Counted from the first letter of the stretch, positions 18,290 through 28,302 are shown. The stretch: DNA of 62,496 nt from Myxococcota bacterium (GCA_039187775.1 JBCCZL010000001.1:1-62496); one strand, 5' to 3'. Program-made: numbers and translations. Notes: generated by a model not told the origin, from the sequence alone.

Positions 18290-19468
18290 TCACTTCGCGA
18301 ACCGAGTCGCGGCACGCGCCGGGCCGAACATGATGTGGTCCCCGGCGCGGGTTCCCCAATCGAAAAGCCGTTCGCCGAGCTGAAGCTGGTTCGGTTCCCA
18401 CGCGGCGAGGGCTCGATCGATATCCGTGTGTTCCGCAAGAGAATCGGCGAGAGCGAGCGCGTCTTCTGCCGCTTTGGCGGTGCTCGCGGCGGTGTGGGGC
18501 CGCACCACGAACGCGGCGTCGCCGATCAGTACGGCCCGATCCTGGACCATGCGAGGGAGCCGGAAGTCTCGGATCGCCTGAGCGAACGGTGCTTCGGTGG
18601 CGTGGACGATCGCTTCGAAGGCGGGAGGCAGGCGCTCGGTGGCTTCGCGGTACACGTGCCGTCGCCAGGCGTCATCGAGCTGCCCCTCGGAAATCGAAAA
18701 GCCCCGTGAACGTCCGTGTGGGTCGGTCATGACCGCGGTCAGCATGTCGGGGTCTGCCGGTCGATACCACACCCAGTTGTAGATGCGCCGGCCCTCCTGG
18801 GTGTCGTGGCCGGGACCAGGAATCAGGTAGCCGAGCATGTGGGACTCAGGGCCTGACGCGAACGCAAAGTCACCATGAAGTGCCTCGCGGGCGAGCTCCG
18901 GCATCGACGCTTCGTCGACGAGCCCTCGCCACGCGAGATATCCGGCGTAGCTCGGCTCGACTCCGGGAAACAGAAGTCTCCGGAGCGTCGAGTCGTGGCC
19001 GTCGGCACCGATCACCAGGTCCCCACTCGTGCGGCTGCCGTCGGCAAAGGTCACCGAAGCACGCGTGCCGTCTTGCTCCATCGCCACGACTTCGTACCCA
19101 CGATGGTAGTGAGCGTCGGGAAAGCGTGCTTTTGCCGCCCCGTAGATCAGACTCCACGAGGTCTGGATCTGGGGGGCCAGCGTCTTCTGGATCCCGTCGC
19201 CTCGCGGCGAGAGGATCGCGCGGAAGCGGGACCGCACACCAAGGTCCGAGGTCGATGCGTCGATCCGTTCGAGCAGCCGAACCACCGAAGGCTGGAGCAC
19301 GATGCCACCGCCGCGACTCTCGAGGTCGCGGTTGGATCGTTCGTAGATATCGACATCCCAACCGATCGTGCGGAGGGTGGTGCCGGCAAACAGGCCGGCC
19401 AGCGAACCGCCGATCACCACGGCTCGCGGAGATCCTTGAGTAGACATGTTCAGGGCCCCTTCAGTCAT
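18290..19468 (-). CDS. FAD-dependent monooxygenase
   Basis: RAVVIGGSLAGLFAG dinucleotide-binding motif and a later GDAAF motif. ATGA overlap with the upstream DsbA-like gene (19465-19468). Confidence 0.85.
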   Translation of the reverse strand: MTEGALNMSTQGSPRAVVIGGSLAGLFAGTTLRTIGWDVDIYERSNRDLESRGGGIVLQPSVVRLLERIDASTSDLGVRSRFRAILSPRGDGIQKTLAPQIQTSWSLIYGAAKARFPDAHYHRGYEVVAMEQDGTRASVTFADGSRTSGDLVIGADGHDSTLRRLLFPGVEPSYAGYLAWRGLVDEASMPELAREALHGDFAFASGPESHMLGYLIPGPGHDTQEGRRIYNWVWYRPADPDMLTAVMTDPHGRSRGFSISEGQLDDAWRRHVYREATERLPPAFEAIVHATEAPFAQAIRDFRLPRMVQDRAVLIGDAAFVVRPHTAASTAKAAEDALALADSLAEHTDIDRALAAWEPNQLQLGERLFDWGTRAGDHIMFGPARAATRFAK

Positions 19469-20181
19469 CGTGGACGGGAGTTCTCTGGTGCCGATGCGCT
19501 GGAGTTTGCGGGCGACTCTTCGGCGGCGCTGACTGACGACCCCGGAGCGTCGCTTCGCGCTTCAGCGGCCCGAGTGATGGCGTCAGCTAGGGTCGACGGC
19601 GGCTGCGCTCCTTGAAGATGAATCCCGTCGATGTCGAAGTGGGGCACTCCATGAACGCCCTGGGCGATCGCCGCTTGCTCTTCACGAACGATCGCGTCGA
19701 TGCTCTCCTCTCCTGAAAGCACAACGCGGGCGTCGTCGACCCCGGATCGCTCGGCAAGATCGACGAGCACATCGAGATCGCCGATGTCCCGACCCTTTTG
19801 AAAGTACGCATCGAACACGGCGTGCACGACCTCGGTTGCTCGGTCCTGATGACCGGCGAGGTGAACGAGGCGGTGTGCCGCTCGGGTGTTCGGAGTGCGG
19901 CGCATTCGAGCGTAGTCGAAGCGGAGCCCCACCGCGGCGGCGGCCGCTTCGGTGTGCGCATCGAGCGTCTTCGATCGCGCCCACGTGCCGAACTTTGCGG
20001 TTCGGTAGCGACGGCGATCCATGCCCTCGGGCGGCATGTCGGGGTTCAGCTCAAACGGACGCCAGTGGAGCTCCATATCGATCCCAGTGGGGAGGAGCTT
20101 TCGGGCGTGGTCGAGGTGACGTTCGCCAATGAAACACCACGGACAAATGAAATCGGATGTGAGTCGAATGGGTATGCGCAT
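19465..20181 (-). CDS. DsbA-family oxidoreductase (FrnE / 2-hydroxychromene-2-carboxylate isomerase-like)
   Basis: CPWC active-site motif near the N-terminus. Start placed at ATG 20181, which is preceded by GGAGG plus 5 nt. The track start at 20193 is a GTG inside that SD. Confidence 0.85.
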   Translation of the reverse strand: MRIPIRLTSDFICPWCFIGERHLDHARKLLPTGIDMELHWRPFELNPDMPPEGMDRRRYRTAKFGTWARSKTLDAHTEAAAAAVGLRFDYARMRRTPNTRAAHRLVHLAGHQDRATEVVHAVFDAYFQKGRDIGDLDVLVDLAERSGVDDARVVLSGEESIDAIVREEQAAIAQGVHGVPHFDIDGIHLQGAQPPSTLADAITRAAEARSDAPGSSVSAAEESPANSSASAPENSRPR

Positions 20182-20250
20182 GACTGCCTCCACTCATCAC
20201 CTTGGTTTCTCCAATATCTGGAGCCAATTGTGTAAAAAATGAGATCAGTA

Positions 20251-20265
20251 TTGCGTATAGTGCAA
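20251..20265. promoter_or_regulatory. candidate LysR box (TTGC-N7-GCAA, containing T-N11-A)
   Basis: TTGCGTATAGTGCAA dyad in the divergent intergenic region, 3 nt before the LysR ATG. Confidence 0.3.
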
Positions 20266-20267
20266 AA

Positions 20268-21206
20268 ATGGATCAGTTCGCCGCCCTTCGAGCGTTCGTT
20301 TTGGTGGTTCAGGACATGAGCTTCACCAATGCTGCCCGGCGGGCGAGCGTGGCTCCTTCCTCGCTAACCCGTCAGGTCAACGCGCTCGAACGAGACCTCG
20401 GCGTGGCGCTTCTTCATCGCTCGACGCGGCGGCTCGATCTGACCGAGGCGGGCGCCCGCTATTTCGATAGCGCGACGCGCATCCTCGAGGAGCTCGAGGA
20501 GGCCAATCGCGAAGTCTCGGAGACCAGCCCGAAGGGAACCCTCCGGGTGAGTCTTCCCGTATCGTTCGGCCGACTCCACGTTGCGCCGTTCATTGCGGGT
20601 TTTCTTGAGGCGTGTCCAGGGATTCAACTCGACCTGAGGCTTACCGATCGGAGAGTGGACCTGATCGACGACGGGATCGACGTGGCCATTCGGATCGGCA
20701 TCGCCGGCGAAGCAAATCTCCTGGCACGCCGACTTGCGCCTCACCGGCGGATCGTTTGTGCGAGCCCCGCGTATCTTGCGACGCACGGCACGCCCGAGCG
20801 GCCGAAGGATCTCGAGGAGCACAACTGCCTCACGTTCATGCAGGACGCGTTGGGCCAACGGTGGCGTTTTCGCGACCCGCGAACGGAACAAGGCGTTCGT
20901 GTCCGAGGCAGCGTTCAGGCGAACCACTCGGAGGTCCTTCGCGAAGTAGCGCTCCACGGAGTTGGAGTGGCGCTCCTCCCGACGTGGCTGGTTGGTGAGG
21001 ACCTTCGAAGCGGTCGCCTCGAGGCGCTTTTCGAGGGTTGGGACGCCGACCCAGGAACTCCCGACGGCGCGATTCACGCCGTCTATCTACCGAATCGCCG
21101 CGGTTCGCGAAGGGTCGGCGCATTCGTGTCCTATCTTCAAACGCGCTTCGGCAAGCCGCCGTACTGGGACGAGACACGCGGAAGTCGCGCGAGACACACG
21201 GAATAG
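20268..21206 (+). CDS. LysR-family transcriptional regulator
   Basis: MDQFAALRAFVLVVQDMSFTNAARRASVAPSSLTRQVNALERDLGVALLHR is a canonical LysR HTH. Divergent from the DsbA/monooxygenase pair. Confidence 0.9.
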   Translation: MDQFAALRAFVLVVQDMSFTNAARRASVAPSSLTRQVNALERDLGVALLHRSTRRLDLTEAGARYFDSATRILEELEEANREVSETSPKGTLRVSLPVSFGRLHVAPFIAGFLEACPGIQLDLRLTDRRVDLIDDGIDVAIRIGIAGEANLLARRLAPHRRIVCASPAYLATHGTPERPKDLEEHNCLTFMQDALGQRWRFRDPRTEQGVRVRGSVQANHSEVLREVALHGVGVALLPTWLVGEDLRSGRLEALFEGWDADPGTPDGAIHAVYLPNRRGSRRVGAFVSYLQTRFGKPPYWDETRGSRARHTE

Positions 21207-21260
21207 GCCCCCGCAGTTGGAGCTCTCGACCGATGTCCCTACGCCGCAGGCTCGGTCGAA

Positions 21261-22586
21261 TCAGATCCCTAGGGTCACCTCGTTGTATTCGATGTTGCCC
21301 TCGTCGTCCGGGTGCTCACCGACATCGTAGGTGTAGCCAAGTCGGCGGCGGTTTCCTCGTTCGTAGACGTTCGCATAGACCCACCACGCGATGTTCGAAC
21401 CGGAATCCCAGACCCTAGTGGCATCGGCCCACTGGCCACCGTTCGGTCGGGAGCTGCGAAAGATGTCCCCGGAGTCGTCGTCGACCCAGACCACATGGGC
21501 CGTCGTCCCGTCGACCGCAAAGTGCGCCACCGTGCCGTCGTTCTGGGCGACCGAGGGGTCTTCGAGCACCGGACCGCTGGTCACGAGCACCGGAGCCGCC
21601 GCTGCGCCATCGGACAAAGTAACCGACCAGAGTGCCCCGTCGGTGTCCGTAAATCCTACCACCAGGGTCTCGACGCCGGCCGCGTCGTAGTAGATCGCAT
21701 TCGTGTGGGGGATCCGTTCGTCGCTCAGGCCGTCCACGTCCAAGCGGGTGGCGTTGGACAGGTTTCCTGAGGCGTCGAGGGTACGTACGTAGAGCTCCGC
21801 ATTCTCGTAGTCTGTGTAGAAGACGTACGTCGTGTCGTTCGCACCCACAACGCCACGCGGCCCCGTCCATGAGCCGCTGGCGTCTCCAATGGGGCTTGGT
21901 TCGCTCCAAGATCCCGAGGCGGAGCGGCGCCGGTACTCGATCGACTGCCGACCCGAACGAACTGTGCCGCTATAGAAGAGCCAGATCTGACCATCGCTGG
22001 TATGCGCAAGCGAGGAGAACTGCACGACACCGCCGCTATTGCCGAGGTCCTCCACGACACGCTCGTCGATCACCCACTCGTCCGGGCGATCTGGTGCGTC
22101 ACTCGTGTTGAAGGCGGCGAACCAGACGCGGTCGCTAGCCGCCACCGAATAGTAGATTCTCGTTCCGACCTGGAGCTGCCAGCACCCCTCGAGGTCGCGG
22201 GCGCTCGGGCGGTTGTCCTCATCGGCTTCGCTCCCCGTTTCGCCTCCGTTGGTCGACCGCATCATGCGGGGGTTGTTGCCGTCGTCTTGAACCGACTCGG
22301 TGACTCGATAGAGATTGCCATTGCCGTCGATCACTGGGGGGTGGTTCGAAAGGGACTCTGGCTCGACTCCATCGATCGACCCCGGCAGATTCACCATGAT
22401 GTCGGGCCCCACGTCACGGGTGGCGTCGGAGCTCGAGCTGTCCTCGAGTGGCCCATCGGGCGTGATCGTGCTGTCCAAGCTCCCTCGACCGTCGGCGCGG
22501 TCGGCGCTGGAGTCGGCGGGGGAGCTGGGGTCGTCGTCGCCGCATCCGAAGAAAGCGAGCGAGACCAGGAGAGCAAACCTACGCAT
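21261..22586 (-). CDS. lipoprotein, possibly sialidase/BNR-like beta-propeller
   Basis: MRRFALLVSLAFFGC has a signal plus lipobox. Repetitive beta-rich blades with degenerate Asp-box-like TSDGQIW. Confidence 0.65.
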   Translation of the reverse strand: MRRFALLVSLAFFGCGDDDPSSPADSSADRADGRGSLDSTITPDGPLEDSSSSDATRDVGPDIMVNLPGSIDGVEPESLSNHPPVIDGNGNLYRVTESVQDDGNNPRMMRSTNGGETGSEADEDNRPSARDLEGCWQLQVGTRIYYSVAASDRVWFAAFNTSDAPDRPDEWVIDERVVEDLGNSGGVVQFSSLAHTSDGQIWLFYSGTVRSGRQSIEYRRRSASGSWSEPSPIGDASGSWTGPRGVVGANDTTYVFYTDYENAELYVRTLDASGNLSNATRLDVDGLSDERIPHTNAIYYDAAGVETLVVGFTDTDGALWSVTLSDGAAAAPVLVTSGPVLEDPSVAQNDGTVAHFAVDGTTAHVVWVDDDSGDIFRSSRPNGGQWADATRVWDSGSNIAWWVYANVYERGNRRRLGYTYDVGEHPDDEGNIEYNEVTLGI

Positions 22587-22706
22587 GCGAATAGTCTACG
22601 ACGACTCTTGGTCGATCGACAGCTCGCTGGTGCACCCACTCGGTAGCCGTGGGTCCAACGATTGGTCGCGTTGCTGCCGAGCACTCGTCGTTCTGGGATC
22701 GGGACG

Positions 22707-23669
22707 ATGCTATGGTCCTATATGCCAGAAGAGTTGAGCGCGGCCCGACTCACCGCACTTCGCGTAAAGGGCCATCTGCGCTGCGCTACAGTGGCGCCCG
22801 GCGGTCGCGTGTTGGTCGGCGGATCCATTCGCGATCGCGGCGTTCTGTACGAGGTGCACGGTGACGCCGTACGGGCACTCGACGTCGACGCCGGTCCCAT
22901 CTACGACATGGCCTGGGCCGGCGAGGCATTGCTCCTCTGTGACGGCACCTCGGAGCTGATACGACTCCATGGTGACGAAGTAGAGCGTTGTCCCTCCGGT
23001 TTGCGGCGAGCGTTCGCGGTGGGTGTTGGCGCGGGTGGCTTGTGGACCGTCGGCGAAAACGATGAGATTCACGAGAGTGTCCATGTTGCCTTCGCGCCAA
23101 ACGTCAGAGAACGTCCGGGGTTGGTCGCTTTGCCGGAACCTTGGGAGGATTTTGTCTGGCCGCTCCGCCTGACGAGTCACGGTGCTCTTCTGCACACGAT
23201 CACGGAGCGTGGACGCACCCAGCTTTGGCTAGGCGTTGCAGGTGAGTTGACGCAGACTGGTCTCAAGTCCGGCGACTTCCGCGTCCATGGTGGCTGTGAG
23301 ACCCCGTCCGGAGCGCTCCTCGTTTCGGACAACGTGTTGCGCGTCCACCGCTCCGTGGATGGCGGCGCAACATTTCGCAAACACCGGATCGCCAAAGACA
23401 CCTGGTTTGAGTTTAATGGGCTCTGCTGCGTCTCGCCCTTGGGGGGAAAGGACGTCGTCGCCGCAGGTCAGAAGGGATTGATCGCGCTCTCACGGAACGA
23501 CGGCCGTACGTTCTCGCTTGTGGACCATCCGTATGGATCCATCGCGTTCAGCGATGCGGTCGCGTGCCAAGGCGGCGTTTACGTTGTCGGCAGCTTCGCC
23601 CGTTATCCATTGCCAGTGCGCGGGAGCACGCGGGTCGAGAAGGGCATCATTCTTCGTTTCCTTTCGTAG
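22707..23669 (+). CDS. BNR/Asp-box repeat protein (Ycf48-like propeller)
   Basis: Asp-box motifs SVDGGATF and SRNDGRTF. The start is ambiguous (TTG 22662, ATG 22707 or ATG 22722). Confidence 0.6.
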   Translation: MLWSYMPEELSAARLTALRVKGHLRCATVAPGGRVLVGGSIRDRGVLYEVHGDAVRALDVDAGPIYDMAWAGEALLLCDGTSELIRLHGDEVERCPSGLRRAFAVGVGAGGLWTVGENDEIHESVHVAFAPNVRERPGLVALPEPWEDFVWPLRLTSHGALLHTITERGRTQLWLGVAGELTQTGLKSGDFRVHGGCETPSGALLVSDNVLRVHRSVDGGATFRKHRIAKDTWFEFNGLCCVSPLGGKDVVAAGQKGLIALSRNDGRTFSLVDHPYGSIAFSDAVACQGGVYVVGSFARYPLPVRGSTRVEKGIILRFLS

Positions 23670-23820
23670 TCGAACGTCATCCCTCCGGTCGCCGTTCACA
23701 CGCGGCTGCAAACCGGGCGTACAAACCGCGACAGCAGCACCAAGAGCGGGAGGCATCGCTTCTCTAACACCAACGCGGTTCTGATATCCGCGGTTTGGCA
23801 AGCCGATGTTCGGAGGTGCT

Positions 23821-24510
23821 CTAGGCTTGCCAGCGGCTCTCGAAGAGCGCGTGGGTGGGTCCCGCTTCAAGAAGGGTGACCACCGGATCCCGACCTCCGG
23901 TGAGGCGGATCATTGCTTCGCTCAGCGCCAGATTCGAAAGGAGCTTCCGGCGGCTTCGAAGATGCGGCGGAAACGCGAACCGACTCACTGCGCGATCGGG
24001 CGTCAGTTCCTCCGCGGTGATCGTGGTTCCCCGATGAAAGATGCGTGAGGTGCGAGCGGACATCGCAAAGAATGTTCGAGGACTCGAGAACCGAAAGAGC
24101 GCCCGATAGAGACTGCTCTCGGCCATGCGCATGGTCCGTCGATAACACCAGCGATGGGTCGCTTCTTCGCTCGGATAGAACAGGTCGCACGCCAGATGAA
24201 AGAACGCATCGGCAAGCACCGCGGAAGTCCACACTCCACCGGGAGGTGGCGAACGGACAAACTCAGCCATCGAATCGGGCAAGTCGTCACGAAGTTCGAA
24301 GCCGTGCCCGTCGGTGAAGGTGTGCGCGATCGAGGCTTTGGTTTGGCACTCTGGATAGCTCGCGAGGCCGTCGGGCAAGCCCGCCAAGTAGGCGCTCAAA
24401 AGCGGAAAGTCGGAGTCACCCATCAGCCCCCCTAGGGTCGCGTGGGCGTCGGCAAACGCCAACATCCGAGCGGCGTCTGTCAGCCCATGGCGCGGCTCCC
24501 GTCCAGCCAT
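23821..24510 (-). CDS. hypothetical protein (possibly the myxobacterial DUF2378-type paralogous family)
   Basis: Clean 229-codon ORF with native-looking composition. The family guess is from memory only. Confidence 0.5.
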   Translation of the reverse strand: MAGREPRHGLTDAARMLAFADAHATLGGLMGDSDFPLLSAYLAGLPDGLASYPECQTKASIAHTFTDGHGFELRDDLPDSMAEFVRSPPPGGVWTSAVLADAFFHLACDLFYPSEEATHRWCYRRTMRMAESSLYRALFRFSSPRTFFAMSARTSRIFHRGTTITAEELTPDRAVSRFAFPPHLRSRRKLLSNLALSEAMIRLTGGRDPVVTLLEAGPTHALFESRWQA

Positions 24511-24547
24511 GAGGGAGCGATGAGCGGTTTTCTCGAAATGGATCTTG

Positions 24548-24589
24548 CTGAGTTATCTTAGATAACTATAGTGATCTAAGATAACTCAG
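24548..24589. promoter_or_regulatory. perfect 16-bp inverted repeat operator (CTGAGTTATCTTAGAT-N10-ATCTAAGATAACTCAG)
   Basis: Read directly. AT-rich island in a GC-rich genome. The right arm abuts the AGGAGGA SD of the SnoaL-like gene, and a TetR gene lies in the same operon. Confidence 0.6.
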
Positions 24590-24598
24590 GAGGAACAC

Positions 24599-25012
24599 AT
24601 GACGATCGCCCTTGCTCATCGCTTTGCCCGCGCGTTGGAAAGTCACGATGTCGAAACGCTGCGAGACTGGATCGCGGTGGACTACATCCAACACAACCCC
24701 TACGTGCCCCAAGGGCTCGAAGGGGTGCGAAGCTTCTTCGACGCCTGGAACGCAGCGTTTACAGACACATCGGTCACCGTGGAGGATGCGATTTCTAGCG
24801 GGGACCGCCTGATCGGGCGGTTTGCGTATCGCGGTCGCCACACCGGCGAGTTCATGGGGATTCCCGCCACGGGAAAGGAGGTGCACATGACGAGCATCGA
24901 TATCTGGCGGGTCGTCGACGGCAAGCTCGTGGAACACTGGGACGAGATCAACTCCGCGGAGTTCTTTGCTCAGCTTGGAGGCATGCCTTCGTTACCGAGC
25001 GTCGAGAGTTGA
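24599..25012 (+). CDS. SnoaL-like / ester cyclase (NTF2 fold) protein
   Basis: YIQHNP...G.EG...FF..W..AF.D..V.VED....GD.....F...G.H.G.F.G.P.TGK.V......I.R...GK.VEHW pattern. Strong SD. Confidence 0.85.
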   Translation: MTIALAHRFARALESHDVETLRDWIAVDYIQHNPYVPQGLEGVRSFFDAWNAAFTDTSVTVEDAISSGDRLIGRFAYRGRHTGEFMGIPATGKEVHMTSIDIWRVVDGKLVEHWDEINSAEFFAQLGGMPSLPSVES

Positions 25013-25016
25013 CGGC

Positions 25017-25595
25017 GTGACGACGGGGGCGGATCGACGCACGCGCCGCCGCCAGCAGCTTTTCGAAGAGTTGCTTTCGGCGACGCGCACAGTGGCTCGG
25101 TCAGAAGGGTGGCACGCCGTGACCATCCGGAAGATCTCCGCTGAGCTCGGCATGACCTCCGCGGCGATCTACCGCTACGTCGATTCGAAAGGTGAGCTGA
25201 TGGAAGAGCTGATCCGGCGTGGGTTCGCTCAGCTTGCGAACGTCATGAGGTCGAGCGCCACCGACGCGAGAGAGCCTCTGCGTGCTGCGGTCCAAGCGTA
25301 TCTCGGTTTCGCGCGGGCTGAACCCGACCTGTACAGGGCGATGTACGGGCTCGATGGTGCGCGCTTTGTCGAGGGGACTGCCGAGGAAGGAAGCGAGATC
25401 GGGCGAATCATCGCCGAAGCCATGGTCCATGAAGGTTGGCTGGAGGCTCCTGACCCTCTCCACCCAGAGATTCTGAGGCTCTGGGCGACCGTCCATGGAC
25501 TCGTTGCTCTGCGAGCCTCGGGTCGCTTGCCTGAAGATCCGGTCGGACTCGCTGACCAGGCCGTCGATCGACTCGGTGCAGAGCTCGGCGATTAA
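25017..25595 (+). CDS. TetR-family transcriptional regulator
   Basis: GWHAVTIRKISAELGMTSAAIYRYV HTH. Start trimmed to GTG 25017, just after the SnoaL stop. Confidence 0.85.
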   Translation: MTTGADRRTRRRQQLFEELLSATRTVARSEGWHAVTIRKISAELGMTSAAIYRYVDSKGELMEELIRRGFAQLANVMRSSATDAREPLRAAVQAYLGFARAEPDLYRAMYGLDGARFVEGTAEEGSEIGRIIAEAMVHEGWLEAPDPLHPEILRLWATVHGLVALRASGRLPEDPVGLADQAVDRLGAELGD

Positions 25596-25713
25596 CCCAC
25601 GCTCGGGCGATGATTGGGCAACCGTCTCGAGGGCTTCGGCCTTCCATCGACCAACCGAACAAACCCGTCGCGTTTGCGGAGACCTTTTGACGACCCCGCG
25701 CGTCTTTCGGCGC

Positions 25714-26094
25714 ATGGACAACCGTCTACCGCGGTGCACGCGGTGTGGTACGCACCGAACGTGGATCGATTCCCGACTCCGAAGGTGTCCCGGCTGCGCG
25801 CATTCCTCAACGGGTCGGAGTGCTTTGATCGGAGTGGCGCTGAGTGCATTCGGGGGCTGTACTTCGCCTGAGCCACCATCGCCCGAACCTGTCGAAATGG
25901 TGGTGCTTCCTGCACCGGCGCCGGAACCGGAGCTCCCCGATGAACCCGACGTCGACCCGCCCGAGCCGCTTATCGAGGAGGAAGAGCCGGCTGCCGAGGC
26001 GGCCCAGCCGGTGAAGCCTCGGCCTCGGCGAGCGGCCCGAATGCGTCGTGACCATGACTTTCGAGATGTCCCGCTCTACGGCCATCCATTTTGA
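25714..26094 (+). CDS. small zinc-ribbon membrane/lipoprotein with a Pro/Glu-rich tail
   Basis: CTRC...CPGC pair followed by ALIGVALSAFGGC, then a PEPP/EEE low-complexity tail. Trimmed from track ORF 25495..26094. Confidence 0.35.
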   Translation: MDNRLPRCTRCGTHRTWIDSRLRRCPGCAHSSTGRSALIGVALSAFGGCTSPEPPSPEPVEMVVLPAPAPEPELPDEPDVDPPEPLIEEEEPAAEAAQPVKPRPRRAARMRRDHDFRDVPLYGHPF

Positions 26095-26184
26095 TGTAAC
26101 CGAGGCGCTTCAGCCGCTGTCCCGAAAGCCATCGGCGAGTATCGGTTCAGCACATTTCGGTTGAAGAGCGGTGCGCGGCGTCAA

Positions 26185-28302
26185 TCAACCGCGGGTTCCG
26201 GGAATTGCGGTCGCTTCCGCGCGCTGACGCACCTCCTCCACCAGGGCGGTCAGCGTCTGCGCGAAGTACGCTGCGATCTCGGGAGGGACTCCCGTGTTTC
26301 GTGCGGTGGGGATGCTTTCGAGGAACCTGACGAACGAGCCCCACGTAGGGTTGAGGCCCCTGGTGTGGCCGTCGTTCGCATTCATTTCGGCGGCGATCTC
26401 TCCCTCCTCAAGCAGCTTGTGCTGGAGGTGAACGAGCATGCTGATGAGGTTCGCTCGGACTCGGTAGACGTGGGATTTGTCCTCGCGGTCGGGGTTATTC
26501 ACGCTCCGAAGGTGGGTTGCGAGGTGGATGTGTTGCCCATTGAGAAACGGGTGAATGTGGCGATTGCCGCTGGCGCTGTAGTCGAGTCCGTCGAGGTATT
26601 CTCGGTGGTGCGCCTGTTTTACGAGTCGCATGACATTCAGGAACGGCCCGTGCACATCGTCTTGCACGAACTTCTTCGAGTTCCAGTAGTGAATCTGATT
26701 TCGAATGTGCCGCTCGGCGGATTGAAACGTGGGGTCGTAGACCTGCGCTAGCGTCATCCAGGAGTGGTTCACCTCGTGGGCGAGGTTGTGAAGCGTATAG
26801 TCGGTGGGAAACCGATCGGTCGTTTGCTCTCGAAACTCTTCCGGGAACGTCTCGACGACCGCATGGAATCGTGATTCTCCGTACTGCTTACAGATGTCCT
26901 CGATGGAGAATCGGCTGAACTCGAAGTAAGGATTCACCCGCGCGCCAAAGTAGTGCGGTTCCGACGAGGCCCAGGTGCCCGGGTTCAAAAGCTCCTGCCG
27001 GAAGATGTGCTGGGTGACGAGCACGCTCTCGAAGCGGGGCTCGCTAATGTTGGGAATGAACTCGAGCCGCGTGCGTCCGGGAGTGCACCCGCCGACCCCG
27101 TCGATGGGGCTGAGGTCCTCCGCGGCAGGGTTGGGGTAGCTCAGGAGCTCTTTGCCTCCCGCGAGCATGGCGAGGAACGTCTCGTTGGTCGGCGAGTCGA
27201 CGTATGCGTCCTGAAGCGCATACCAGGCGTCCTCGTCGCTGGCGATCGCCCCAACGACCGGCATATAGTCGTTCCAGCTCACGTGAGCTTCGCCGTTGAA
27301 GCCATCCTCGGTCCAGCGAGGGAGCTCGATCGCGGTTCGAAAGGTCCGAACGTTGATGTTCGCGAGCTCTTCGAACGCGGCCTCGGCCTTTTCGCGACTG
27401 TCGATCCAGTCGTTGGCGATCATCAACCCCTCCGCCTGCATGTATTCGAAGAAGGCGAGATCTTGGGCATCTGGGCTCTGCCCCTCCGCGATCGGCGTGC
27501 CTCCTGGTTGAAGCGGACGCCACAGTGGGCTGCACGGCTTTGCGATATTGAAGTGGCGCCGCTGCGCATGGACGTAGGCGACGATGTCTCGCGCCACCTC
27601 GGCATCGACATGAAGCCCCGCGCGCCGGAGAATCGCCGCATCGTCGTAGCCGATCACCGCAAGGTCCACCGCGTCCGGCGCGTGGCAGCTTGCGCACGCC
27701 ATCCCGTGGTGGTCAGGAGTTCGCCAGGCGACGAGACCATCGCGGCGTGCGGTCTCATAGCGCTCCTCGCTCCAGAGGTAAGGAGAGAAGCCGTCGCCCT
27801 GCCGCTCCGCCATCGCGGCGTCCATTTGCGCGGCGAGCTGGCCGAGCGTCGCAAAGTCCGACCGAAGCGCGTCATCGTCGATGAACTCGGGCGCGTAACT
27901 CGGCATTCCCTGGCGCCCGGCGCGCACCGCCGAGATGAACTCTTCGACCGAAAGGTCCCCTGGAATCGCGGGGTAAAGCGGATGCCGCCCCTGCCCTCGC
28001 TCGCCGTGGCACCCAGCGCAGCTGTTCTGAAACGAAGCCGAAAGCGTCCCGCTCGGTTCCGGAGCAGCGGTCGTGGGCACCGATTCACGCAGGCTAAACG
28101 CCGGGAGGTCCACGGTGGGACAGTCCAAGATCCCTTCCACCGCGGTGGGCGGCGCCTGGGCTTCCTCGGGGTCTAGCCCATCCATCGGACGCATGGAGCC
28201 TGGAGAAGTGGGTGGGGAGCCCATGTCACCCGACAGCACATCGCCATTGCAGCCGGCCAATGCCAAGGTGGCGACCACCCATCCCAGTTGCTTCCCGGTC
28301 AT
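26185..28302 (-). CDS. lipoprotein with two CxxCH c-type haem motifs and a large uncharacterised C-terminal domain
   Basis: MTGKQLGWVVATLALAGC lipobox. CAGCHGERGQG and CASCHAPDAVD motifs. Confidence 0.8.
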   Translation of the reverse strand: MTGKQLGWVVATLALAGCNGDVLSGDMGSPPTSPGSMRPMDGLDPEEAQAPPTAVEGILDCPTVDLPAFSLRESVPTTAAPEPSGTLSASFQNSCAGCHGERGQGRHPLYPAIPGDLSVEEFISAVRAGRQGMPSYAPEFIDDDALRSDFATLGQLAAQMDAAMAERQGDGFSPYLWSEERYETARRDGLVAWRTPDHHGMACASCHAPDAVDLAVIGYDDAAILRRAGLHVDAEVARDIVAYVHAQRRHFNIAKPCSPLWRPLQPGGTPIAEGQSPDAQDLAFFEYMQAEGLMIANDWIDSREKAEAAFEELANINVRTFRTAIELPRWTEDGFNGEAHVSWNDYMPVVGAIASDEDAWYALQDAYVDSPTNETFLAMLAGGKELLSYPNPAAEDLSPIDGVGGCTPGRTRLEFIPNISEPRFESVLVTQHIFRQELLNPGTWASSEPHYFGARVNPYFEFSRFSIEDICKQYGESRFHAVVETFPEEFREQTTDRFPTDYTLHNLAHEVNHSWMTLAQVYDPTFQSAERHIRNQIHYWNSKKFVQDDVHGPFLNVMRLVKQAHHREYLDGLDYSASGNRHIHPFLNGQHIHLATHLRSVNNPDREDKSHVYRVRANLISMLVHLQHKLLEEGEIAAEMNANDGHTRGLNPTWGSFVRFLESIPTARNTGVPPEIAAYFAQTLTALVEEVRQRAEATAIPGTRG

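Noticed and set aside
23670-23820. CGCGGTT...CGCGGTT, considered as a terminator between convergent genes
   Set aside because: The two copies are direct repeats, not inverted, so no hairpin can form.
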